DNA from: an uncultured virus (IMG/VR IMGVR_UViG_3300045391_006705)
Lineage: Duplodnaviria > Heunggongvirae > Uroviricota > Caudoviricetes
Virus record (IMG/VR): IMGVR_UViG_3300045391_006705
Strand: one strand, 5' to 3'
DNA: 20,000 bases
The stretch's first letter is position 1, and each line of letters starts with the position of its first letter. Below, in pieces: positions 8,267 through 16,200 of the stretch. The position numbers and the translations under genes were made by a program. Under the pieces are notes generated by a model that saw nothing but the letters and a program-made list of their open reading frames with translations, was not told where the DNA came from and did no database searches.

Positions 8267-8926
8267 GTGGTCGAAAAACAGTGTCGCACATGCGGGGTCG
8301 CGAAGGCCGTCGAGGATTTTTACGTCAGGCGAGCCAGCCCGGATGGGCGCCAGGCAGAATGCAAGGCCTGCCGCATAAAATCGAACAGACGCCGGACGGA
8401 GCGACGTTGTCCGAGGTGCGGAATCGTCAAGTCGCGTGAAGCATTCGGGGCCAATCGGAGCCAGGCGCACGGGCTGCAGACCTACTGCAAGGGTTGCGTG
8501 GCGGAAGCCGTGGAGGCTGCAGGCACGGACGCACGGCGACGTTGCGCAAAATGCGGTGCGGAGAAGGGGCTCGGAGAGTTCTATCGCAACCCAGCCGGCT
8601 TCGACGGAAGGCAGCGATACTGCAAGGCGTGCCAGAAGTCTCTGAGCCAGGAACGGTACCGGGGTCTGCGAGCCAAGGTCCTCCGAGCCTACGGCGGCGA
8701 TTCACCGAAATGCGCCTGTTGTCCGGAGGCCGATGACCGGTTCCTGTGCGTCGATCACATCGGCAACGACGGCCGCGCGCACCGCAAACGGATTGGCCCC
8801 GCCGCGAATCAACTCTACGCCTGGCTCGTGAAGCACGCATTCCCGCCTGGATTCCAGTTGCTCTGCTACAACTGCAACATGGGCAAGGCGCACTTCGGGC
8901 AGTGTCCCCACCGGCTCGGAACCTAA
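8267..8926 (+). CDS. Free-standing HNH (endonuclease VII-like) endonuclease with three N-terminal Cys4 zinc-finger repeats (219 aa)
   Basis: Three CxxC-(~22)-CKxC repeats, then CACC...FLCVDHI.NDG...FQLLCYNCN.GK...CPH; lower GC and many A/T-ending codons relative to the flanks. Confidence 0.8.
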   Translation: MVEKQCRTCGVAKAVEDFYVRRASPDGRQAECKACRIKSNRRRTERRCPRCGIVKSREAFGANRSQAHGLQTYCKGCVAEAVEAAGTDARRRCAKCGAEKGLGEFYRNPAGFDGRQRYCKACQKSLSQERYRGLRAKVLRAYGGDSPKCACCPEADDRFLCVDHIGNDGRAHRKRIGPAANQLYAWLVKHAFPPGFQLLCYNCNMGKAHFGQCPHRLGT

Positions 8927-8956
8927 CAAGTTACATTACCTGGAGGGCGTAAGTCC

Positions 8957-10282
8957 ATGGGAAAGCAAATTTTGTCCTCGGACAAGATCGTTCGGCTGAA
9001 CAACTATTCCCTCCTGGGTCTGGTTCAGTCGAGCGACCTCGCTCCGAACTTCGGCGCGCAGGACATCAACGAACTCGGCCGCATCGAGCGCGTGGACACC
9101 GCCTACGAGCTCGAGAGCTCCGGCTCGTTCACGCTCGAGAGCTCGGGCGGCATGGCCGGCCTCCTGGCCCGCATGCTCCCGACTCGCACCGCCTCGGCCT
9201 TCACCGGCTTCCTCTACTCCGGCGCCGGCGCCAGCACGAACAAGAACGCCTACACGATCACCGAGGCGGACGTCCACGAGCTCCAGTTCGACATCGTCCA
9301 GTATGAGCAGCCCGACCAGGCGAACTTCACCCGGTCGGTCGTCGTGCCGCGCGCCTTCCCGGCCACCATCACCGGCCGGCTCGACGCCAACGGCATGGGC
9401 ACCGAGACGATCAACTGGCAGGCGCAGGAGCTCTACGGCTTCGACACGCCGTACCACGACGTGATCATGACGACGGCGACCCGCACCACGTCGACCACCG
9501 CCACCGTCCTCGATACCACGGTCACCTCGGCCGCGTACACGCTGATCTACGTCTGGATCGACGAGGTCCGCTACCGCACGGTCAACACCGACCCGAGCTA
9601 CGTGACCTTCGCGGCGAACGTCATCACGTTCGTCGGCGGCGACACGATTCCGGCCGACGCCATCGTCCGCGCCGTGGCCTACAAGACCACGAGCCCCTCG
9701 ACGACCTTCCCGCAGTTGGTGGCCGACCAGCGCGGCACCGTCGCCTTCTACATCAAGGGGTGGCAGGCCGACATGTTCCTCGGCGTCGCCGACGTCGACA
9801 ACCCGTCCAACACCGAGCGGCTGCAGAAGGTGCAGTCGGCCGACTGGTCGATCGATTTCAATCTCCAGCCCCTTCGCCAGATCCTCAAGAACACGGCGGG
9901 CACGGCGATCTACTGCCGCGTCCCGACCACGCCGTACGTCGTCTCGCTCACCTGCTCGCTGTATGAGAGCGACTGGGCCGAGTGGCGGAAGATCCTGAAC
10001 GCGGACGGGGCCTCGACCCCGAAGTTCCCGACCTCCGGCAACGACGTGTACACGGATTCGTACGACTGGGCCCCGACGAACCTCAAGGGTTCGAGCGACG
10101 TCCCGCTGATCAGCGTGCTTCGCTACTACACCAAGGCCGGCAACCTCCTGCAGTCGGTCAAGTTCTCCGACCTGCGCATGGAGTCCCAGTCCGACCGGAT
10201 CGCGGTCGGCGGCCGGGCCGAGATCCAGCTGGGCCTGCGCGGCACGAAGTTCGAATTCGAGGGCGCGAACCCGACTGCCTGA
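8957..10282 (+). CDS. Major tail tube protein (441 aa) with two tube-like domains
   Basis: GGAGG RBS, strongly biased codons, Thr/Ser-rich beta character, VQS...F..Q.I.ELG motif; lies between tail terminator and chaperone/tape measure genes and is followed by an intrinsic terminator. Confidence 0.8.
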   Translation: MGKQILSSDKIVRLNNYSLLGLVQSSDLAPNFGAQDINELGRIERVDTAYELESSGSFTLESSGGMAGLLARMLPTRTASAFTGFLYSGAGASTNKNAYTITEADVHELQFDIVQYEQPDQANFTRSVVVPRAFPATITGRLDANGMGTETINWQAQELYGFDTPYHDVIMTTATRTTSTTATVLDTTVTSAAYTLIYVWIDEVRYRTVNTDPSYVTFAANVITFVGGDTIPADAIVRAVAYKTTSPSTTFPQLVADQRGTVAFYIKGWQADMFLGVADVDNPSNTERLQKVQSADWSIDFNLQPLRQILKNTAGTAIYCRVPTTPYVVSLTCSLYESDWAEWRKILNADGASTPKFPTSGNDVYTDSYDWAPTNLKGSSDVPLISVLRYYTKAGNLLQSVKFSDLRMESQSDRIAVGGRAEIQLGLRGTKFEFEGANPTA

Positions 10283-10299
10283 TCGCGGTAGCGACGGAC

Positions 10300-10332
10300 A
10301 AGGCCCCGGCAATATGCCGGGGCCTTTGTTTT
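10300..10332 (+). terminator. Rho-independent terminator after the tail tube gene
   Basis: AAGGCCCCGGCA-ATA-TGCCGGGGCCTT followed by TGTTTT; sits between convergent genes. Confidence 0.88.
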
Positions 10333-10520
10333 CAATCCCCGTCCGATTCGCAGATCTCCCGAAACTCCCGGTGGAGTTGCCAAGCGGCATAGAGGCAGAG
10401 GGCGGCGAAACTTGCCCCGGGCCAGCCGAAATAGCGCAGGCAGGCAGAGGCCAACAGGCTGATGATGGCGAGGTTGATCCAGGTGACGACGTGGAACGTC
10501 CGCCGGTCCGCCGTTCGCAT
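10332..10520 (-). CDS. Small predicted membrane protein (62 aa, two hydrophobic segments)
   Basis: MRTADRRTFHVVTWINLAIISLLASACLRYFGWPGASFAALCLYAAWQLHREFREICESDGD*; TGATG overlap with the upstream minus-strand ORF; the stop abuts the terminator. Confidence 0.6.
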   Translation of the reverse strand: MRTADRRTFHVVTWINLAIISLLASACLRYFGWPGASFAALCLYAAWQLHREFREICESDGD

Positions 10521-10843
10521 CACGGCCGCGACCTGCTTCGGACGTGGCGCCGGATGCTCCGCCGGTGCTTGGCGATCCCGCCGGTGACGTAGCGGGCCCC
10601 CACGACGTCGTCCCGGCGACGAAGGCGGTTGTCGATGTCGTCGCCGGACAGGGTGATGGCGGCCCGCTCGGCCGTTTCCGCCTCGTACCAGCCGTCGGGC
10701 AGGGGCACGCGGGGGCCGCGCGGGCCGGGCGACAGCCAGTGGTTGCCGGCCGCGTCGGCCCAGACCGACAGCGTCCAATCCCCGTAGGGCACGGCGAGGC
10801 CGACTCGGGCCATTTTGCGCGGCGCCCATCGCATGACGAGCAT
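10520..10843 (-). CDS. Hypothetical protein (~107 aa; start uncertain)
   Basis: MLVMRWAPRKMARVGLAVPYGDWTLSVWADAAGNHWLSPG...; Trp-rich, basic C-terminus, coupled to the downstream small ORF. Alternative ATGs at 10834 and 10813. Confidence 0.5.
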   Translation of the reverse strand: MLVMRWAPRKMARVGLAVPYGDWTLSVWADAAGNHWLSPGPRGPRVPLPDGWYEAETAERAAITLSGDDIDNRLRRRDDVVGARYVTGGIAKHRRSIRRHVRSRSRP

Positions 10844-11056
10844 CTGGCCAAGGTAGCCGCGAGCGGCCTTCGCGTCCAGGCCTCCCCCCGCGCGACGTAT
10901 TCGTAGGCGGCACAGGGGAGGGCGACGGGGTGGTCCGGGCGCGTTGGCGCCCACGCCGGCCGTTCCCACGCCCCGCCATCGCGCGGGGCGTCGCCGTTTT
11001 GTGGGCGGACGTTCACGGGGTTGTCATCGGGGATTCCAAAGGGGAACGGGGGAACA

Positions 11057-12172
11057 ATGGCCACGGCGGAGAAGGCGGAGCACGAGCTGAGCAAGGACGA
11101 GGTCCGGCGGCTCGATGCGGTGACGGAGCACGAGGTGGCCCAGGGGCACCGCGTGCGGGAGGTGCCGGACGGCGTCCGGGCGGCGCTCAAGGAGGAGGGC
11201 ATCGACCCCCCGGCCTTCGTGCGGCTCAACCGGGTCAACCCGGCCAGGCGGCGGTTCATCATGGAGGAGGTCCAGAAGCGCTACCACCGGGACCTCCGGG
11301 ACGCCGAGGTGATGTCGAACGCCCAGGTCCTCAAGGTCGTGACGGAACGGGGCGAGTGGAGCGACGTGATGCAGCGCCGGATGGACGAACTCCAGCGGTC
11401 GACCACGATGGCGATGGCCGGCCTGTGGGGCGAGGGCTTGACGCCCGACACCGGCGCCTACGCGGCCGAGATGCTCGAGTTCTGCGACCGGTACCGGCAG
11501 CGGGTGGCGGAGAGCGCCCTGGCCGAGGAGGAGAAGGCGGCGCTCGTGGGCGAGTTCGACAAATGGGTCGCCTACGGGCCGGACTCGGCGTCGGACCCCC
11601 GGTACGAGGGCTACGAGCCCTTCACGGCGCAGCAGCGGCTCTTCGAGGCGCTCGGCACCGCCGACGCGGCCGACCTCGTGAACCTGGTCGAGGAGACCAA
11701 GGACAAGCAGCAGCGCCTGATCCGCCTGGTCGAGGAGCGGGTCGAGCTCATGGACCTGCAGCTCCGGCACGCCAAGATCTTCGCCAACACGGCCGAGAGC
11801 CGGCGCGACCACACGGAGGAGATGGCGCAGGTCTACTTCACCTGCGAACGGTGCGACAAGGCGGGGCTGTCGAAGGGGCGCCTCACCGACGCCTTCGACG
11901 ACCTCTGGAACTTCCCGGACCGGGCGATCAAGTGGCTCCTGCACGAGAGCTACTTCTTCCACCAGAACATCCCCGACGGGGCCCGCGAGTACCTGGAGAC
12001 GTTCGGTTTCATCGCGGCGGAGCGGGAGGAGAGGCCCGCGAATACGGCGAACGATCAGTCCGCAGGATCGCCCGCTCCGCAGCCTTCCAAACTCGTTGGC
12101 ACGCCTGCGGAGGCGACGCCTGCCGCGTCTGGGGCCTCGACTCCGGACAGGACCTCGACGACGGCAAGCTGA
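11057..12172 (+). CDS. Putative tail assembly chaperone (gpG-like position; 371 aa)
   Basis: GGGGGA RBS; acidic helical protein between tail tube and tape measure genes, ending in a low-complexity Ser/Thr/Pro tail. Confidence 0.65.
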   Translation: MATAEKAEHELSKDEVRRLDAVTEHEVAQGHRVREVPDGVRAALKEEGIDPPAFVRLNRVNPARRRFIMEEVQKRYHRDLRDAEVMSNAQVLKVVTERGEWSDVMQRRMDELQRSTTMAMAGLWGEGLTPDTGAYAAEMLEFCDRYRQRVAESALAEEEKAALVGEFDKWVAYGPDSASDPRYEGYEPFTAQQRLFEALGTADAADLVNLVEETKDKQQRLIRLVEERVELMDLQLRHAKIFANTAESRRDHTEEMAQVYFTCERCDKAGLSKGRLTDAFDDLWNFPDRAIKWLLHESYFFHQNIPDGAREYLETFGFIAAEREERPANTANDQSAGSPAPQPSKLVGTPAEATPAASGASTPDRTSTTAS

Positions 12173-12336
12173 TGCTCGCGCAGTACGCGAGCTTCTACAA
12201 GCAGATCAACGCCCTGCCGCCCGAGCACCGGCCGCCGGACGACGTGATCGACGACGACGACCAACTCGACCGCTGGTACAAGACGTTCGTCGACGACATG
12301 GCGCGGAAGGCCGCCCGGATGAAGGCCACGCGGTAG
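12010..12336 (+). CDS. -1 frame extension of the tail assembly chaperone (gpT-like); alternatively a 54-aa ORF from ATG 12172
   Basis: The -1 frame reads ...SVRRIARSAAFQTRW...KLMLAQYASFYKQINALPPEHRPPDDVIDDDDQLDRWYKTF... with GC3-rich codons from about 12060 and no ATG/GTG/TTG between 12010 and 12172. Confidence 0.6.
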   Translation, partial: HRGGAGGEAREYGERSVRRIARSAAFQTRWHACGGDACRVWGLDSGQDLDDGKLMLAQYASFYKQINALPPEHRPPDDVIDDDDQLDRWYKTFVDDMARKAARMKATR

Positions 12337-12359
12337 CCCGGCGACGGGCGGGAGGTCCG

Positions 12360-13235
12360 ATGCCGGTCAAGGTCGCCCAGGTGTTCCGCCCGAAGGTCGC
12401 CAAGCCGGTGACGCTCGAGGGCCGGATCTCGTTCATCCCGCCGCCGTCGCTGGAGCGCCTCCGGACCGGGGCCTTGGCCCTGTCCAACCCCGAGACGGTG
12501 GCGCAGATCCTCCGCGCCGCCATGGCGGAGACCTTGCTCCAGGCCTACCGCAAGGCCTTCCTCCAGGGCCTCCCCGGCGCCGTCAACATGAAGCGCGAGA
12601 AGGTGGGGAAGAACGTCGCCAACGCCCAGATCGCCCAGGTCCTCCGCCGGAACCTCACCCGCGCCTACGACCAACTCCAGGCGGCCCGGGAGTCGGGCGA
12701 GATCCGCCGGGTGGCCAAGGCGCAGAACCGGCTCGACGCCGCGAAGCGGGCGATCCGGAAGGCGCTCCGCCGCAAGCGGGCGGTGGGCCTCGAGCGCCGC
12801 CTCTCGACCGGCACGTTCCGGACGCTCGCCCTCAAGATCCTCGACCTGATGACCGACACGGGCGAGATCCAAATCGTGCCGGCCGACGGCAGTGTCCTCG
12901 CCGGCATCGGCGACCTCACCTACCTCGAGGGCATCAAGACGCCCTCGGCCACCGACAAGCTGACCGGCCACCCGACCGCCAGCCCGCGCAACGTCATGTG
13001 GCGGCAACTCGAGTTCGGGTCGGGCGCCTGGTCCGCCGCGCCCGAGGCGCAGGACCCGACCTTCCGGCTGCCGTCCGGCGGCTGGTGGTACGGCCGCCAT
13101 CCGGAGGAGGCGCTCCGCCTCCGGGGCACCCGGCCGATCGGCGCCCTGGCCAAACTGCGGCGCGACCAATCGGCCCGCCGCTTCCCCAAGGTCCTCGCCG
13201 AACTCCTGTCCGCCGAACTGTTCGGCCGCTCCTAG
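12360..13235 (+). CDS. Basic protein with an HK97 gp10-like (neck/tail completion) motif (291 aa)
   Basis: GGAGG RBS then ATG 12360; C-terminal WRQLEFGSG...RGTRP resembles the LEFGT...PG..P signature of HK97 gp10-family proteins. Confidence 0.55.
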   Translation: MPVKVAQVFRPKVAKPVTLEGRISFIPPPSLERLRTGALALSNPETVAQILRAAMAETLLQAYRKAFLQGLPGAVNMKREKVGKNVANAQIAQVLRRNLTRAYDQLQAARESGEIRRVAKAQNRLDAAKRAIRKALRRKRAVGLERRLSTGTFRTLALKILDLMTDTGEIQIVPADGSVLAGIGDLTYLEGIKTPSATDKLTGHPTASPRNVMWRQLEFGSGAWSAAPEAQDPTFRLPSGGWWYGRHPEEALRLRGTRPIGALAKLRRDQSARRFPKVLAELLSAELFGRS

Positions 13236-13271
13236 CGGCCGCGCCCGCCCCCACTCGCCAGGAGGCACTCC

Positions 13272-16200
13272 GTGCCCCCGACGCCCGGCAACAATTATCT
13301 GATCGCGGTCGAGCTCCAGAATCTCGTGGCCTTCAAGGAATTGGCGGCCGAGATCGAGCGCGTCCAGCAGTTGTCGGAACGGGGCGCCAAGTTCAAGGTG
13401 TCCCTCGACGCGTCGGCCCTCAAGGGGATCGAGGCGGCGATCGCGGAGCGCGTCGACGCGGCGCTGGCGCTCCGGCCGGGCCAGGCGACGGCGGCCCCCG
13501 CCGCGCCGGAAGCGGCTCGTCCGCAGCCGGTCGCGCCGCCGCAGGCGCCGCAGCCGACGGCCGCGCCGAAGGGCCGCAAGGAATTCGCCGACGCCCAGCG
13601 CGAGACGTTCGCCGGCTCCAACGCCCAGTCCCTCCGGGGCATGGTGGCGATGCTGAGCGAGGTCAAGGCGTCGCTCGCGGCCCTGAACCAGGGCATCCTG
13701 GCCCTGCCGAAGGAGATGGGCGCCCAGTTCGAGGCGGCGGTCGCCAAACTGCCGAAGGAGGGCGAGCACCGCCACGGGACGCGCCCCCCGCGCGCGCAGG
13801 CCCAGCCGGAGGCCGTCGGCGCGAGGCAGCAGGGCACGGCGAACTACGTGGCCGAACGCGCGGACCTCAACCTCGGCCAACTCGACGCCGCCTTCAAGAA
13901 GTTCGGGAACGAACTGGCCGACCGGCTCACGGCCGTCATCCAGAAGATCCCCGAGCTGATCGACGTCAACAAGTTGGTGAAGCAGCGGGAGGCGCACGAC
14001 AGCGCGGCGGCGGCCGGCTTCCCGCATCCGTTGTCGGCCGCCGAGGCGCTCGCCGTCTACCGGCGCGAACGGGCGAAGATGATCGCGCCGCCGGACGCGA
14101 AGGGGCAGCGGCCGACCGTCAACGCGGCCCAGCTGCAGTACTCGACCAGGATCATCAACGAGCACGTGGCGGACCTGACGCGCGAGCGGCAGGCGATGGC
14201 GAACGAAGACGAGCGATTCCTCGCCAAGCGGAAGCGGGCGAACGAAATCCTCGAGCGTCAGGCGAAACAGGCCGAACAGCGGGCCTTCGCGCGGTCCCCG
14301 CTCGGCAAGGAGTCCTACGAACTCGAGGGGCGGATCACGGCCGCGCGGCAGTCGTACTACCAGACCGAGGCGTCGAAGCAGCGGGAGAAGGCCTACGCCG
14401 CCGAGGTGCAGCGGGTGGCGGACGAGAACGCCCGTCGGCAGCGCGAGGCCAAGGAGTCCAACTCCGAATACTTCCCGGTCCGGCCGCCCGACCGGACGGA
14501 ATTCGTCACGCCGGTCGAGCGCCTGGCGTCGTCGGTCAACGCCAAGGCGTCCCAGGCGCGGGAGCAGGCCCTCAAGGAGACGGTCGACAAGCGGAGCGGC
14601 CGCGTCATCCCAGGGTTGCCGCCGCAGCGGGCCGAGGAACTGGCGGCCGAGGCGCGGCTCGCCGAACTGGCCAAGATCGAGGACGACGCCGAGCGGAAGC
14701 TGGTGGCGCAACTGGCCGACGACCTGCGGCGCCGGGAGGCGCTCGTTCGCGAGATCGAGGTCGCCAGGGCGACGGCCGTCGAGGAGGAGCGGAACCGGCT
14801 CCTGGGCCTCCTGCACACCACCCGGACGGTCATCGGTCCCTCGGGCAAGGGCAGGGCCGGGGAGACGATCCAGGAGATCGGCCCCAACGGCAAGCCGATC
14901 GCGCGGAAGGTCGGGGACGTGATTCCGCAGCCGAAGGTGGAGGTCGGCGCGCTCGGCGTGTTCGACCTGCAGGACGTGCGCGCGCTCAACGCGGGCTACG
15001 TCGCCAACCTCGAGCAGACCCTCAAGACGATCAAGGAGAAGAACGTCCGGGGCGGCGTGCTGACGAAGATGCTCGAGCCGTACCGGGCCAACCCGGTGTT
15101 CGCGGCGGCCCTCCAGAACGTGCGGGGCGGCAAGTCGGCGGAGGAGGCGCTCGACGTCGTCAAGGACCTCCGGAAGATCAAGCGGCAGGCGCAGACCCTC
15201 CTCGATTCTTTCGGGCCCGCGCGCGAAATGCTGCCGCCGAAGGCGCCGCCGGCCGAAATCCTCAACTACCCCTATCGGACGCGGGACGAGCTCGAGGCCG
15301 ACCGGGCGAAGGTTCTCGAGGGTCTGACCCCGCAGCAGCAGGCGATGGCGAAGCGCGGGCCCGCCTGGCCGCGTCGCACGCCGGAGGAGCGGCAGGCGCA
15401 GCGCCTCGACAAGTGGTACGCGCGGGGCGGGCATTTCATCCCCTTCGGCGAGGCCGAGCAATACCAAATCGAGGACATCGACGCCCGCCTCGGGCAGGCG
15501 CTCGGGCGGGCGGGCACGCAGGAAGCCCAGGACGCGATCACCAAGATCCGCGCCCGGCTCGCCAGGATCGCGGAGATGGGCGGGCAGTACTTCATGCCCG
15601 GCCCGACGAACCGGCCCTTCCCGGGGTTCGCGGACCTGCGCAAGGTCGTGCGCCAGGTGGCGGGCCTCGGCCGCATCGACCTGGACGAGCAGTCCAAGCA
15701 GGGCCTCGCGGACCTCGTCAAGGCCTACGGGCACGTGGGCGGCGCGCGGCTCCTGGGCCCGACATCCAACACGCTCGCGGCCGGCCTGCCCGTCCCCGGC
15801 GTCGGAGCCGGGACCTACGCCGTCCATGACGCCCAGTCCATCGGGCAGCTGGCCGAGGCGCTCCGGCACTTCGGCGACCAGAACCTCGGCCAGATCGCGG
15901 GCGAGATCGCCAAGATGGCCGAGTCCTTCGCGGTCCTCCGCCAGGAGCTGGCGAAGAACCCGATCGTGTCGGCCGCCTTCCTCAACAAGCAGAAGGAGGA
16001 TTACCGCAAGGCGCGTGTCGAGGACCGGCTCACGCTGATCGAGACCGGCTCGGAGGCGGCCGTCAACGTCGCCACCGGCCGCTCCCTGGCCAAGGAGCAG
16101 GAGCACTACGCCAGGGGCGAGGCGCAGGTGGCCGTCGAGCAGGAGCGGCAGGAGCGCGAGCGGCTCCGCGCCCAGACGGAAGAGGCGCGCCTGCGCGTGC

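Noticed and set aside
8957..10282. Tail sheath (contractile tail) interpretation of the 441-aa gene
   Set aside because: No sheath motifs such as an N-terminal PGVY, no separate small tube gene after it, and the sequence is beta-rich with duplicated tube-like motifs.
10927..10978. GGGG...CCCC-G-CCA segment resembling a tRNA acceptor end
   Set aside because: Only about 52 nt, with no T-loop consensus or cloverleaf.
12336..12349. GCCCG-GCGA-CGGGC hairpin with a GNRA loop before the gp10-like RBS
   Set aside because: Only 5 bp, no U-tract and it does not cover the SD; not distinguishable from chance at this GC content.
12998..15829. 943-aa + strand ORF and other alternative-frame + ORFs (1992..3884, 511..1773, 10930..12000)
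   Set aside because: Arg/Gly/Pro-rich off-frame translations of real genes.
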